A DNA stretch of 64,000 nucleotides. It comes from Octopus vulgaris. Lineage: Eukaryota. The stretch lies in assembly GCA_951406725.2 (NCBI GenBank), contig OX597833.1, positions 67,146,001-67,210,000 on the forward strand, in the 5' to 3' direction. The translations under genes and the position numbers were made by a program. Positions 1-13,106 of the stretch are shown here, piece by piece (position 1 is the stretch's first letter; each line of letters starts with the position of its first letter). Below the pieces are notes generated by a model. That model was not told where the DNA came from, did no database searches, and saw only the letters and a program-made list of their open reading frames with translations.

Positions 1-6
1 ATTATA

Positions 7-426
7 CTTTACTCTCTTTTACTCTTTTACTTGTTTCAGTCATTTGACTGCGGCCATGCTGGAGCACCGCCTTTAATTGAGCAACTCGACCCCGGAACTT
101 ATTCTATTGTAAGCCCAGTACTTATTCTATCGGTCTCTTTTGCCGAACCGCTAAGTGACGGGGACACAAACACACCAGCATCTGTTGTCAAGCAATGCTA
201 TGGGGACAAACACAGACACACAAACACACACACGCATACATATATATATATATACATATATACGACGGGCTTCTTTCAGTTTCCGTCTACCAAATCCACT
301 CACAAGGCATTGGTCGGCCCGAGGCTATAGTAGAAGACACTTGCCCAAGGTGCCACACAGTGGGACTGAACCCGGAACCATGTGGTTGGTAGACAGGCTA
401 CTTACCACACAGCCACTCCTGCGCCT
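7..426 (-). mobile_element. tRNA-derived SINE, family A (CORE-like), full length
   Basis: On the minus strand: head AGGCGCAGGAGTGGCTGTGTGGT (A box), GGTTCAGTCCC (B box), CORE-like CACCTTGGGCAAGT, an internal (TA/TG) microsatellite and a GTAAAAGA-repeat tail. Near-identical copies lie at 1187, 25650, 30279, 40599 and 47719. Confidence 0.9.
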
Positions 427-729
427 ATATATATATATTTGAATACATATATGTATATATGAATATATATATAGATATATATATATTTGAATATATATAT
501 ATATATGTATGTGTATATATATACTTATGCATGTATGGTAGCCTCAAGGTAGGTAGAAAGTAGAAGCACACCGCAGTATGTGGTCTACTTGGTGATATTT
601 CACTGACTGAGTGGGTCATAACACTTCGAACGGATGATCATTTAATCCAATAAGTGCTACATATCATTTGCATATCACCTCTTTGCACTTAATTTCGAGC
701 CGGGAAGCTATGCTTTATTGATGGAAAGA

Positions 730-965
730 GTGAGAATGAACCAGAGAGAATGAGAGAGAGGGGGAGTGAGAGAGAGAGAGAGAGAGGGGGGGTGAGTGAG
801 AGAAGAGAGGAGAGAGAAGGGGAGAACGAGAGAGTTATAAAAGGAGAAAGATAGAGAGATAGAGAGAGACACAAGAAGAGATGCACAAAGAGAGATAAAG
901 AGAGGGAGAGAGGGAGTGGAAAGGGAGTGAAATATGAGAAAAAAGGAAAAGAAAATGAGAGAAGA
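730..965 (+). repeat. GA-rich polypurine tract
   Basis: Degenerate (GA)n, almost all purines. Confidence 0.9.
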
Positions 966-1058
966 AATTTTAGTCCCTCTCTTAATTTAACGATTGCTGA
1001 GAAAAGTGAATAATGAACGTAGCAAAATGGCATTTTCTATTCTACGTATATATTCGCA

Positions 1059-1097
<39 letters not shown>

Positions 1098-1186
1098 ATT
1101 TATCTATCTATACACACACACATATATATGTGTACATACACACATATATGTCTATAGATACATATGTATATAAATATATATATACA

Positions 1187-1580
1187 CAGGAGTGGCTGTG
1201 TGGTAAGTAGCTTGTTTACCAACCACATGGTTCCGGGTTCAGTCCCACTGCGTGCCACCTTGGGCAAGTGTCTTCTGCTATAGCCCTGGGCCGACCAATT
1301 CATTGTGAGAGGATTTGGTAGACGGAAACTGAAAGAAGCCCGTCGTATATATGTATATATATGTGCGTGTATGTTTGTGTCTGTGTTTGTCCCCCTAGCA
1401 TTGCTTGACAACCGATGCTGGTGTGTTTATGTCCCTGTTACTAAGCGGTTCGGCAAAAGAGACCGATAGAATAAGTACTGGGCTTACAAAAGAATAAGTC
1501 CCGGAGTCGAGTTGCTCGATTAAAGGCGGTGCTCCAGCATGGCCGCAGTCAAAATGACTGAGCTGAAACAAGTAAAAAAA
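1187..1580 (+). mobile_element. SINE family A, near full length
   Basis: CAGGAGTGGCTGTGTGGTAAG...GGTTCAGTCCC...GAAACAAGTAAAA; reverse complement of the 7-426 copy. Confidence 0.9.
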
Positions 1581-1909
1581 ATACATATGCATGCCTGTAT
1601 ACACATACATACACACGTATATATATATACATACACACACATAAATATGGTTACATAGAACCGCACAATCATGCACGCAATACGATAATATTAAAGAATA
1701 TAACGAAGACGGTATAGACACACACACACACGCATACATTCCCACGCATTCTTCTATTCTTTTATTCTTTTATCCTTTCATTCATTAACTTGTTGCAGTC
1801 AGTAGGCTACGCGAATGCTGGGCTTCTGCCTGTGCAGAGTTTTGATAGGCAAATCAAACTTAGTAGTACTTTTCATGCAATGTTCGAATCCTCTTGGACT
1901 TATGCCAGC

Positions 1910-2065
1910 TTGGAGATGGGAAGGATGACTTCCATTTGCAAATACTGATAGGGCACAGAAATTGTGTCAAATAGCGAGCTGGACGAGATGTCCTCCTGGG
2001 GCTACAAGCTACAGTAGCATCCACCCCAAAGGGTTCGCCACATTTATGTGGCAAATATACTTCAC
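1910..2065 (+). mobile_element. Dispersed repeat family E, 3' part ending at (TA)n
   Basis: GGAAGGATG...GCAAATACTGATAGGGCACAGAA...CTCCTGGGGCTACAAGCTACAGTAGC...CTTCAC also occurs at 51710-51858 and, inverted, at 62352-62470. Confidence 0.8.
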
Positions 2066-2076
2066 GATATATATAT

Positions 2077-2142
<66 letters not shown>

Positions 2143-2146
<4 letters not shown>

Positions 2147-2346
2147 GATTCGCTAGCATCTGCACGCATTTTTTTTCTCTCCTTGTTTCTCTCCGTGTTT
2201 CTTTTCTGTGTATCTTTTTGTTGAAGAGTGTAGGCTCGAAACGTAAAAGACTTGTTTTATTTATATTCCTGAGCGCCATACTAATACAATTGTTTGTTTG
2301 TATTCCACCTGCCTTCGTCTTTTGTTTATTTTCATAAATCTTCCCG

Positions 2347-2348
<2 letters not shown>
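2143..2348 (+). mobile_element. Short hammerhead-bearing repeat D1 (Penelope-like terminal fragment) embedded in (TA)n
   Basis: Homologous to 60611-60790 on the minus strand, flanked by (TA)n on both sides, and carries a hammerhead-like motif. Confidence 0.7.
2213..2250 (+). ncRNA. Minimal type-I hammerhead-like motif, variant core
   Basis: UCUUU-UUGUUGA-A-GAGU(GUAG)GCUC-GAAAC-GUA-AAAGA: helix I UCUUU/AAAGA, helix II, and ACGU palindrome as helix III. The core deviates from CUGANGA. Confidence 0.5.
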
Positions 2349-2405
<57 letters not shown>

Positions 2406-2467
2406 TGTTGCCATAGTGACGAAGGTAGAGCCGCCTGGAAAATGTCTCGAAATATTAAAGAGAAAAT

Positions 2468-2677
2468 TTATTCAATAAAATCGCTATTGGCTTCAACCAC
2501 GACCTCCAGATGACTTTGGAATCTCCTGCAGCTTCTCTGGAAGTTGGTGAATGCTGCCAGAATCCTTGCCTTTAGTTCATCTTTGGTGTAACAAGGAGTT
2601 TTGTTGGTCTCTCGCTCAACTCCGACCCACACATAATAATTAAGGGAGTTGCAATCTTAAGAGTTAAGCGTCCAGAT
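2468..2677 (-). pseudogene. Mariner/Tc1-superfamily transposase C-terminal fragment (decayed)
   Basis: Hand translation: IWTLNS*DCNSLNYYVWVGVERETNKTPCYTKDELKARILAAFTNFQRSCRRFQSHLEVVVEANSDFIE*. It matches the WPxxSPDxNPLDYxVW motif and the typical RLxxVVEANGxFIE end, with an in-frame stop. Confidence 0.85.
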
Positions 2678-2694
2678 GGTGTGGGGGGGGGGGG

Positions 2695-2884
2695 TTCATT
2701 CAGTATTGAATGTTTTTGCCCTGTCATCTGTTACAACGTTCTCTGCTCTTCGCAATTAAATACTACATAATTAAATAATACATAATTTTCATATACGTTT
2801 GTAAATGTCACATTTCTACATCAATTCATTTAGTATTGAATGTTGTTGCCCTGTCAACTGTTACAACATTCTCTGCTCTTCGCA
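2695..2884 (+). repeat. 60-bp direct repeat (2695-2754 and 2825-2884)
   Basis: TTCATT[C/T]AGTATTGAATGTT...CTCTGCTCTTCGCA occurs twice, 130 bp apart, with about 4 mismatches. Confidence 0.9.
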
Positions 2885-2921
2885 CCACAAGCTTATGTTT
2901 AAAGCCATCTGCCTGTCTTCT

Positions 2922-2937
2922 TCTACTACTACTACTT

Positions 2938-2989
<52 letters not shown>

Positions 2990-2990
2990 A
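2922..2990 (+). repeat. (CTA)n microsatellite
   Basis: Direct reading. Confidence 0.95.
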
Positions 2991-3989
2991 ACAATTTTTT
3001 GTGTTTATTTCAAGTAAATAATTATTCAGTTGGTATGTGGGATGAACTTAATGTATGTGATGAAAAGAAAAGATCAGTCGAATAATTTAACGTTAACCCT
3101 TGATTGTTGCACAGTGCCTAATTCTTCTATACCTCTGCCTCTACCTCTCTTCTCTCTCCCCACGTGACCTGTGTTCGGCCAAGACTGACCTTCTTTTCTT
3201 GGTTCGACCACCACCGTACAACATCTATATCCTTCCCCATTCCTGTTATCTATTATGCCCCTGCCATAAGGCTCCACTTTCACACACGCCAGCTTAATTT
3301 AATGTGTACTTAGTCGAAAGACACCTGTTGTTATGTCCTGTTATTTGCATTTCTATTTGTGCACCCTTTCTCCTTTTTTTTTTTGTTGTCCTTGTTTTCG
3401 TATACATTCGCTGCTTTTTACCAAGGAATCTAATGCTCTTAGCGTAGTTTTTCCTTGGGGCTGGCCAGATTGGAGCAATCTCGAGTGTAACCAGCCGATA
3501 TCGCAAAGATAATCCGGAACACGACCGAGGAAAGTGAACTTCGAATGATCCATCCGTGTTTTTCCTCGTCTCTCTTTTGTATCACCTGTCTGGATGTCTT
3601 GTTGTCCCTCTTTTGTGTCATCTAGCTGTCTGGAATTTTTGCATTCTTGTCTGATTTTTTGTATTCCTTTATATATATAAAGCAGAAAATGTAGAAGTAC
3701 TGATGAAAAGCAATTGATTTACACCAATTATTATTTATTAATTCAATGTAAATAGACTGCATCCAGTCTAATAGTTGCTTCTGCTTCCAATGTTGTATGG
3801 TATTGCCAAGATATGCAAAAATATGTAAAAATATTAATCATATTTGGTAATAAAAGTGATCTGAAACAAGGAAGAATTATTCATCTGTTCTTCTCCATTT
3901 TCTATTTTCTTTAAATTTTGATTCTTGATATACCGGTAGTGTAATGGTTACTTCTATCCCCTAGAATCTATTTTAGCCCCTAACTCAAC

Positions 3990-4058
<69 letters not shown>

Positions 4059-4339
4059 TTATTATTAGAGACAAAACCACTATTTTGCAAAACAAACAAG
4101 GAAAGACTTAATCAATACATAAAATTTTAATAAATATATATATATATATATATATATAATATTTACTATTTATTATTTAACTAAATGCGACGTATCCATT
4201 TACAAGTAAGTTTATCTTCACATTTTGGATGCGATTTTCTATACTCTTTTCTTCTTCCATCCTTCTCTAATTCCATTTTTCGCACCCTCCCTTTTTCGCC
4301 GTTTGCTATCTATCTCTCAATTTCCCCTCTTTCTTTTTA

Positions 4340-4370
<31 letters not shown>

Positions 4371-5124
4371 GTTGTTCATACGTGACCATCGTCTATCGTT
4401 TTTTCCTCACGTGCCTATCTTTCTTTTCCTGCATTAAATATCTAAATGATCAAAATTACTGAAAGTACCTACTAAATATGTCTGTCTGCCTTCGGACGGT
4501 TGTTTTTTGTAGCTACTACCATGAATTTTGGCAATTTAAATAAGAGTTTTGACAGCACGCCCACACGGAGCGTCTATGGCCATCCCACTGATCTGGATTG
4601 CCTGATTTTTGCGTTTCTTACTCTACACTCCTATCTTTGAAATTGGCACTAGCCTTTCAACGATTTTAACAAACATTACGAAGCTGGCATTATTTTAACC
4701 TCAGGAAGCGAGACCCACCGATGAGCACTATAAGCATCATCTCAGAGTTCGGAATCCCGTGATATGGGCTTATCTGTAAATTAATTCGCGTCTTTTCATC
4801 CGTTTCTCTGTGTCCGATAGTTTATTATCAGGCATCTGAATTTCTGTATAATTTCTGTGTATTTATCTCACTATGCACAAATGCGTCTTTGATAATAGAT
4901 GACCTCAGAGAGATAAAAAAAATAAGGACCATATCTAAATGTCTGATAAGGCTGCTATCTTCTCCTAAAAGACTTGAAAGTGTTGCACCAAAATGACCGT
5001 TTTCCATTAACAGAAATGTAGGCCAGAAATTTGAATAAAAATGGAATAATCTTCAATACAAATGATCTATATTATCCCACTGTTTTTTACACTTAGGTGA
5101 TATACGTATATACAGACAAATAGA

Positions 5125-5192
<68 letters not shown>

Positions 5193-5241
5193 AAACTATA
5201 TATATATATGTAAAACTATATATATATACACGTATATGTGC

Positions 5242-5282
<41 letters not shown>

Positions 5283-5301
5283 TATTATTGTGTATTTGTA
5301 T

Positions 5302-5383
5302 ATTCTTTTCAAAGAATTCTATTGGTATATTTTCCGTTCATATATTATATCTTGACGGACAGAATACCTCATCAGTAACGAAT
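5302..5383 (-). ncRNA. Degenerate type-I hammerhead-like motif with long helix II
   Basis: Minus strand: AUUCGUUA-CUGAUGA-GGUAU..UCCGU...ACGGA..AUACC-AAUA-GAAUUC-UU-UGAAAAGAAU. GAAA is mutated to AAUA, helix III is palindromic, and (TA)n lies just 3'. Confidence 0.4.
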
Positions 5384-5613
5384 AAATTGGTGTTACTCCA
5401 TACTCCATTTCCACCAACACAACTTTCCACTCTACAAACCTACATAAAGCTCTTAAGGTCATGTACTTAAAAATTACTTTTCTCCTCTGACTTATAAAAA
5501 AAATAATACTACAGGAAGGGGAAAAAATATAAACATCAAATCATATTATTTGGTTCCATTCTATTCACGTCATGCAAATACATACATACATATATGTATA
5601 CATGTATATATGT

Positions 5614-5666
<53 letters not shown>

Positions 5667-5686
5667 GTATGTATGTACATATCAAA

Positions 5687-5738
<52 letters not shown>

Positions 5739-5869
5739 TTGAATGTTCATGTCCTCTTGCGTTCAACTCAAGTTAACTTCATTACTGAAACGAAAAGAAG
5801 AGGACCAAAAGATATGGCAGCATTTGTCGTTTGTAAACGCATAAATCCTGAAATTTGTGGGCTGAGAAC

Positions 5870-6081
5870 TGGTCGATTACATCGACCCCAGTGTTTCACT
5901 GGTACTTATCGATTCCCAAAGGATGGTATTTGGGGGAGGTGGATAGTCGATTACATCGGCCCCATTACTCAACTCGATCCGAAAGTATGAAAGGTAAAGT
6001 GAACTTCGGCGGAATTTGAACTCGGAACGTAGTGCAGGGCGAAGTACCGATAAGCGTTTCGTCCACCATGCTAACGACTCT
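5870..6081 (-). mobile_element. SINE family B, degenerate with partial duplication
   Basis: GTCGATTACATCGACCCC occurs twice; GGCGGAATTTGAACTC is the B box on the minus strand. Confidence 0.75.
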
Positions 6082-6169
6082 AAATCCCTTATCAGACGGG
6101 TAGTCACGATGGGTATATTGGGTTTCGTATATTTTACCCCAGTGTCAATTTGATGGCATGTACTGCTCT

Positions 6170-6227
6170 CACTCAATAACAATAATGATAATAATAATAA
6201 TAATAATAATAATGATAATAATAATAG

Positions 6228-6263
<36 letters not shown>

Positions 6264-6513
6264 GTGCAAGAAGTGCAAAAGATTGTCTTAACTGGTACAT
6301 CACACGTATTGAGAAGAGCATTGTCGATGTTAGAACTATTAATACCCATGTATTTTAATTTAACTTTATTTCTATCAAAAAAAAAATATGAACGAACTAG
6401 TGAGTTTAGTTTAATGGCCTACCAATGTATACAATGAGTGTCTTTGCCCTAGGAGTCGGGAAGACACTCGGCAAGAAATGGAAGCAAATTTGAAAGAAGA
6501 AGAAAAACCTATA

Positions 6514-6566
<53 letters not shown>

Positions 6567-6990
6567 TAATAATTATTATTATTATTACAATTCTAACAAT
6601 GACGACAACGAGAGCAACAATAATATTGGTGGGAATATGAAACACTGAAGATGCAGAAAAACAATAGTATTAATATAAATGATATTGGCGATGATGATGA
6701 TGATGATGACGATAATGTGATGTATTCTTACTATTGTAAGAATATTAGTAATAATGATAATAAAAATAATGAAAATAACAACAACAGCAATAATAATAAT
6801 AATAAGAAAAACAAGAAGAGGAACAATAACAACAACAATAATAATAATTTCTTTTATTTGCCACAGAGACATAGATGAGGGAGATACCACATAGATTACT
6901 TACAATTTCTGCGAGGGCTTGCTTAAAAGACGAGGAGAAAGAAAGAGAAAAGATAGTGACATGAGATAAAACTAAACAACAACAAGAATG

Positions 6991-7041
<51 letters not shown>

Positions 7042-7224
7042 GCAATAATAATAATAATAATAATAACTACAACAACGATAACAACAACAACAACAATAAT
7101 AATAATAATAATTATTATTATTATTATAATGATAATAATAATAAAGGCGATGAGGATTATAATAATAATGCTACTACTACTACTAATAACACTAATGATA
7201 ATAATGATAATAATGATAATAATG

Positions 7225-7307
<83 letters not shown>

Positions 7308-7416
7308 AATTTTAATAACAATAAAAATAATAATAATAATAATAATGATGATGAGGATGATGATGATAATAATAATAATAGTTATAATACTAATAATAAT
7401 AATAATAATAATAATG

Positions 7417-7472
<56 letters not shown>

Positions 7473-7558
7473 AATTTTAATAACAATAAAAATAATAATA
7501 ATAATAATAATGATGATGAGGATGATGATGATAATAATAATAATAATAGTTATAATAC

Positions 7559-7612
<54 letters not shown>

Positions 7613-7625
7613 TGATGATGATGAT
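6170..7625 (+). repeat. Cluster of (TAA)n/(TGA)n/(CAA)n trinucleotide arrays
   Basis: Arrays at about 6170-6262, 6510-6590, 6680-6850 and 6975-7625; these are the source of the poly-Ile ORFs. Confidence 0.95.
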
Positions 7626-7698
7626 ATGTAAGTAGGTAAATAAATAAATAAAACCCATTGTTAGATGACAGATCAAAATACTCCTCTGTATAATGAAA

Positions 7699-7767
7699 TG
7701 AACTTGGCACTACATAAAATTCATTGTGTATTCTGTGTGTCTACTGAATATAGCAGTACCATTTGCG
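7699..7767 (+). ncRNA. Possible miR-96/182/183(263)-family-like hairpin
   Basis: 5' arm CUUGGCACUACAUAAAAUUCAUUG has the UUGGCAC seed and the AAUUCA tail of this family, and pairs imperfectly with UGAAUAUAGCAGUACCA. The lower stem is weak. Confidence 0.25.
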
Positions 7768-8438
7768 AAAAAGCGAAAACCTGAAGAATTACATTTATTG
7801 TCAATTTTTTTTTTTATCAGTTTTCGTTATGTTTTTCTGGGGTTTTTTTTTTTGTGTTTTTGATTTATACTTGATTGTTGTTCGACTATTTTTTTTTTTT
7901 TTTTTTTTTGTAATTTTTGCTGTCTGCGAGTGTATGTATATATCTGATCTGTATATTTGCTGTCGAAATATATATATATTTTTTCTCTCGACATTATCCT
8001 ATTATTTTTCTGTTCTTACTTAAATTGAATAAGTGAACACACAACACAAACACCGAAAGATACACATGCGCGCGTGCGCTGTGTGTTTCTATCAATATAC
8101 ATGTATGTATGCATGTATTCATCTATCTATATATGTAGTGGTATATATATATATATATATATATACATACATATATCTGTATATACATATATAAATATAT
8201 ATGTATATATGCATGTATCTATATATATATATATACATATATGTATGGTATATATGTATATATGTATATATATATATACACACTCGTATATACGCACTTG
8301 TTCGGTTCATGAGAGATTTTTTCGTTGTATGCGTGTATGTATATATGTATATATGTATATGTGTATATACATATATATGCATATGTATGTGCCATGATGT
8401 ATGATTATCACTACTGTAGAGTACATGGTTGTTTTAAC

Positions 8439-8502
<64 letters not shown>

Positions 8503-9158
8503 GCGCGTGTGTGTGTTTTCGTTTTCTATGTGTATGTAGGTGTATAAATCCATAAATCTAATAACAAATTTTGACATTTAAAATACTTGAAATTTAACAA
8601 AAAGTGCGCATGATAGCCAGATATTTTATAACCACTTCGGAAACTCTAATATTTCCCGAACTCCACGTTCAAACCCATTATAGAATGAAGAATTTTCTCC
8701 TCTTTGGCTACTTTGCATTACATGCTCCAATCGTCTGTTTAGCAACTAACGATATCTACTCGAGAGAAAACTACTCTGGCGCTATGCACGTGATTAGTTT
8801 TCACTGTTTTCTTCAAAAATGTCATTAAAATTGAAATTTCAATAAAGTTTATTGTAGTGAGCTGAGAGAAAACGGTTTACTTTAATCTAACAAAGGTCTC
8901 TGATTGTAGTAGATATACGACAGGATTGTTCCATTAACTGTGCTTGTTTTGTTTTAGTGACAAAGGAAATAGTTGAGGGCCATGAGATTTTAAAAGAAAG
9001 TAAGTGAGGTCTGCGAATCTCTAACCGTAGTTCTCATCAGTCATCATTAGAACGTATCTACCACGTAATACACTTCTGTATTTAAGAGATGAGGAATTAT
9101 GTACATTATTTACATTATTTACATTTAGCGGATATTTGTCCTCATCTTGTTTGTCGTT

Positions 9159-9204
9159 AACACGACATTTCGGCTGATATACCCTCCAGCCTTCATCAGG
9201 TGTT
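9159..9204 (-). ncRNA. Minimal type-I hammerhead ribozyme motif
   Basis: AACAC-CUGAUGA-A-GGCUG(N10)CAGCC-GAAAU-GUC-GUGUU: perfect 5-bp helix I, 5-bp helix II, intact core, GUC triplet and a loop-less helix III. Confidence 0.75.
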
Positions 9205-9256
9205 TTGGGGGAAATTTCGAACCTGGTAATGAAAACCCAGTTTCGAAATTTCCCAA

Positions 9257-9302
9257 GACACCTGATCAAGGCTGGAAGCTATATCAGACGAAACGCTGTG
9301 TT
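9257..9302 (+). ncRNA. Mutated hammerhead motif (right arm of foldback)
   Basis: GACAC-CUGAUCA-A-GGCUG(N10)CAGAC-GAAAC-GCU-GUGUU. G8 and the cleavage triplet are mutated, so it is probably inactive. Confidence 0.6.
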
Positions 9303-9462
9303 AAGAACAAACAAGATGGGGACAAATATCAGTCAAATGTAAATAATGTAAATAATATCTAACACATGTTCTAAATTTGCTGTTGAGAGCGAACCAGCAC
9401 AGTTCATGATCATAAGTCTTCGAACAAGTTCTCTTCTCATTCATTTATTAATATGCATTTGT

Positions 9463-9605
9463 AGGCGCAGGCATGGTTGTTTGCGAATCTTGCTTTGCAA
9501 CCATCCAACTTCAGTATTAGTCCTATTTCTCGACACCTTGGGTAAGTGTTTCCTCCATGGGACGACCTCTGCTTTGTGAGTGATTTTGATAGGCAGAAAC
9601 AGTGG
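9463..9605 (+). mobile_element. SINE family A head, old and degenerate
   Basis: AGGCGCAGGCATGGTTG...CACCTTGGGTAAGTGT...TTGTGAGTGATTTTG. Confidence 0.65.
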
Positions 9606-9644
9606 GATGGGTCAGGTTGCCCGGAATCTGCCGGACGAGCTGCC

Positions 9645-9694
9645 CTTACTGACGATGGCTACGGAAATAACCGAAACTGCTTCGTCATTCTAAG
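9645..9694 (+). ncRNA. Hammerhead-like core, helix I out of register
   Basis: CUUA-CUGACGA-U-GGCUA(CGGAAA)UAACC-GAAAC-UGCUUC-GUC-AUUC-UAAG. Confidence 0.4.
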
Positions 9695-9882
9695 TAATTC
9701 TCGGTTCGGCGCCCTGTGATTTGTAACAGCATTGAAGCACTTTAGCTCCAATTTCTAGCAATGTAGGTGTCTTCATACCCTTAGTCACGTTTCATTGACG
9801 ACTATAATTCTTCTTTACGGTATAGTATTTCACCTACCTGCTTCTATTGTTTTATAAATATACACATTTGAGTATGTGTGTG

Positions 9883-9951
<69 letters not shown>

Positions 9952-10104
9952 ATCCCTCTCTCCCCCTCTCTCTCTATCTATCTATCTATCTATTTATTTA
10001 TCTATTATCTATCTATCTATCCATACATCCATCCATCCGTCCGTCCGTCCGTCCGTCTGTCCATCTATCCATCTATCTATATGTCTATCTATCTATATAT
10101 TTAT

Positions 10105-10200
<96 letters not shown>

Positions 10201-10335
10201 TTATCTATCTATCTATATGTGTGTGTGTACGTACGTGCATGTGTGTGTAAGTGTGTCTATGTGTGTGTGTGTGTGTGCGTGCGTGTGTATGTATGTGTGT
10301 GTGTATGTGTGTATGTGTGTGTGTGTGTGTGTGTA
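9883..10335 (+). repeat. Compound (TCTA)n/(TCCG)n/(TG)n microsatellite
   Basis: Direct reading. Confidence 0.95.
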
Positions 10336-10734
10336 ATGCTATTTCGATTAGCTCTGTCAAATATGAGACGCGCGTTCTGCGCTACCGATTCATATTCATT
10401 TCAATTGTTTTTTACTTACAAAAGCCTGTAACGGAGCTAATCGCTTTCATCTCCCCTTATTAGCTTAAGGTTTGTTTTACGCTGCAATCGCGAATTTTGA
10501 CGCTCTTTCGTAGCTAAAGCAGCGTCTAATTTTCTGTATTTCGCCATTTTGTTTGTCTTCATTCGTATATCTTTCATTGCGAATGTAAAAGAAATACTTT
10601 CTGCAAGGCGACAAATGTTTACTTAATTTACATTATGAAGAGATAAAACTTCAAAATACATAGAAATGCACCATTGCCTATATAACTTAACAACAAATAT
10701 TGAAAAATCATTATTGGAAAAGAAAATTGGAATG

Positions 10735-13106
<2,372 letters not shown>

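Larger units (their letters stand above)
9105..9356. mobile_element. Foldback element: ~120-bp inverted arms (9105-9226 / 9236-9356), each carrying a hammerhead motif
   Basis: The arms are reverse complements along their whole length with scattered substitutions, separated by a ~9-nt spacer. Confidence 0.9.

Noticed and set aside
31-442. Recurrent peptides such as FDCGHAGAPP and RRASFSFRLPNPLT
   Set aside because: They recur because they are translations of SINE A copies, not a gene family.
2414-2450. GUGACGA-AGGU...GCCU-GGAAAAUGUC hammerhead look-alike
   Set aside because: C3 is missing and there is no helix I pairing; likely chance.
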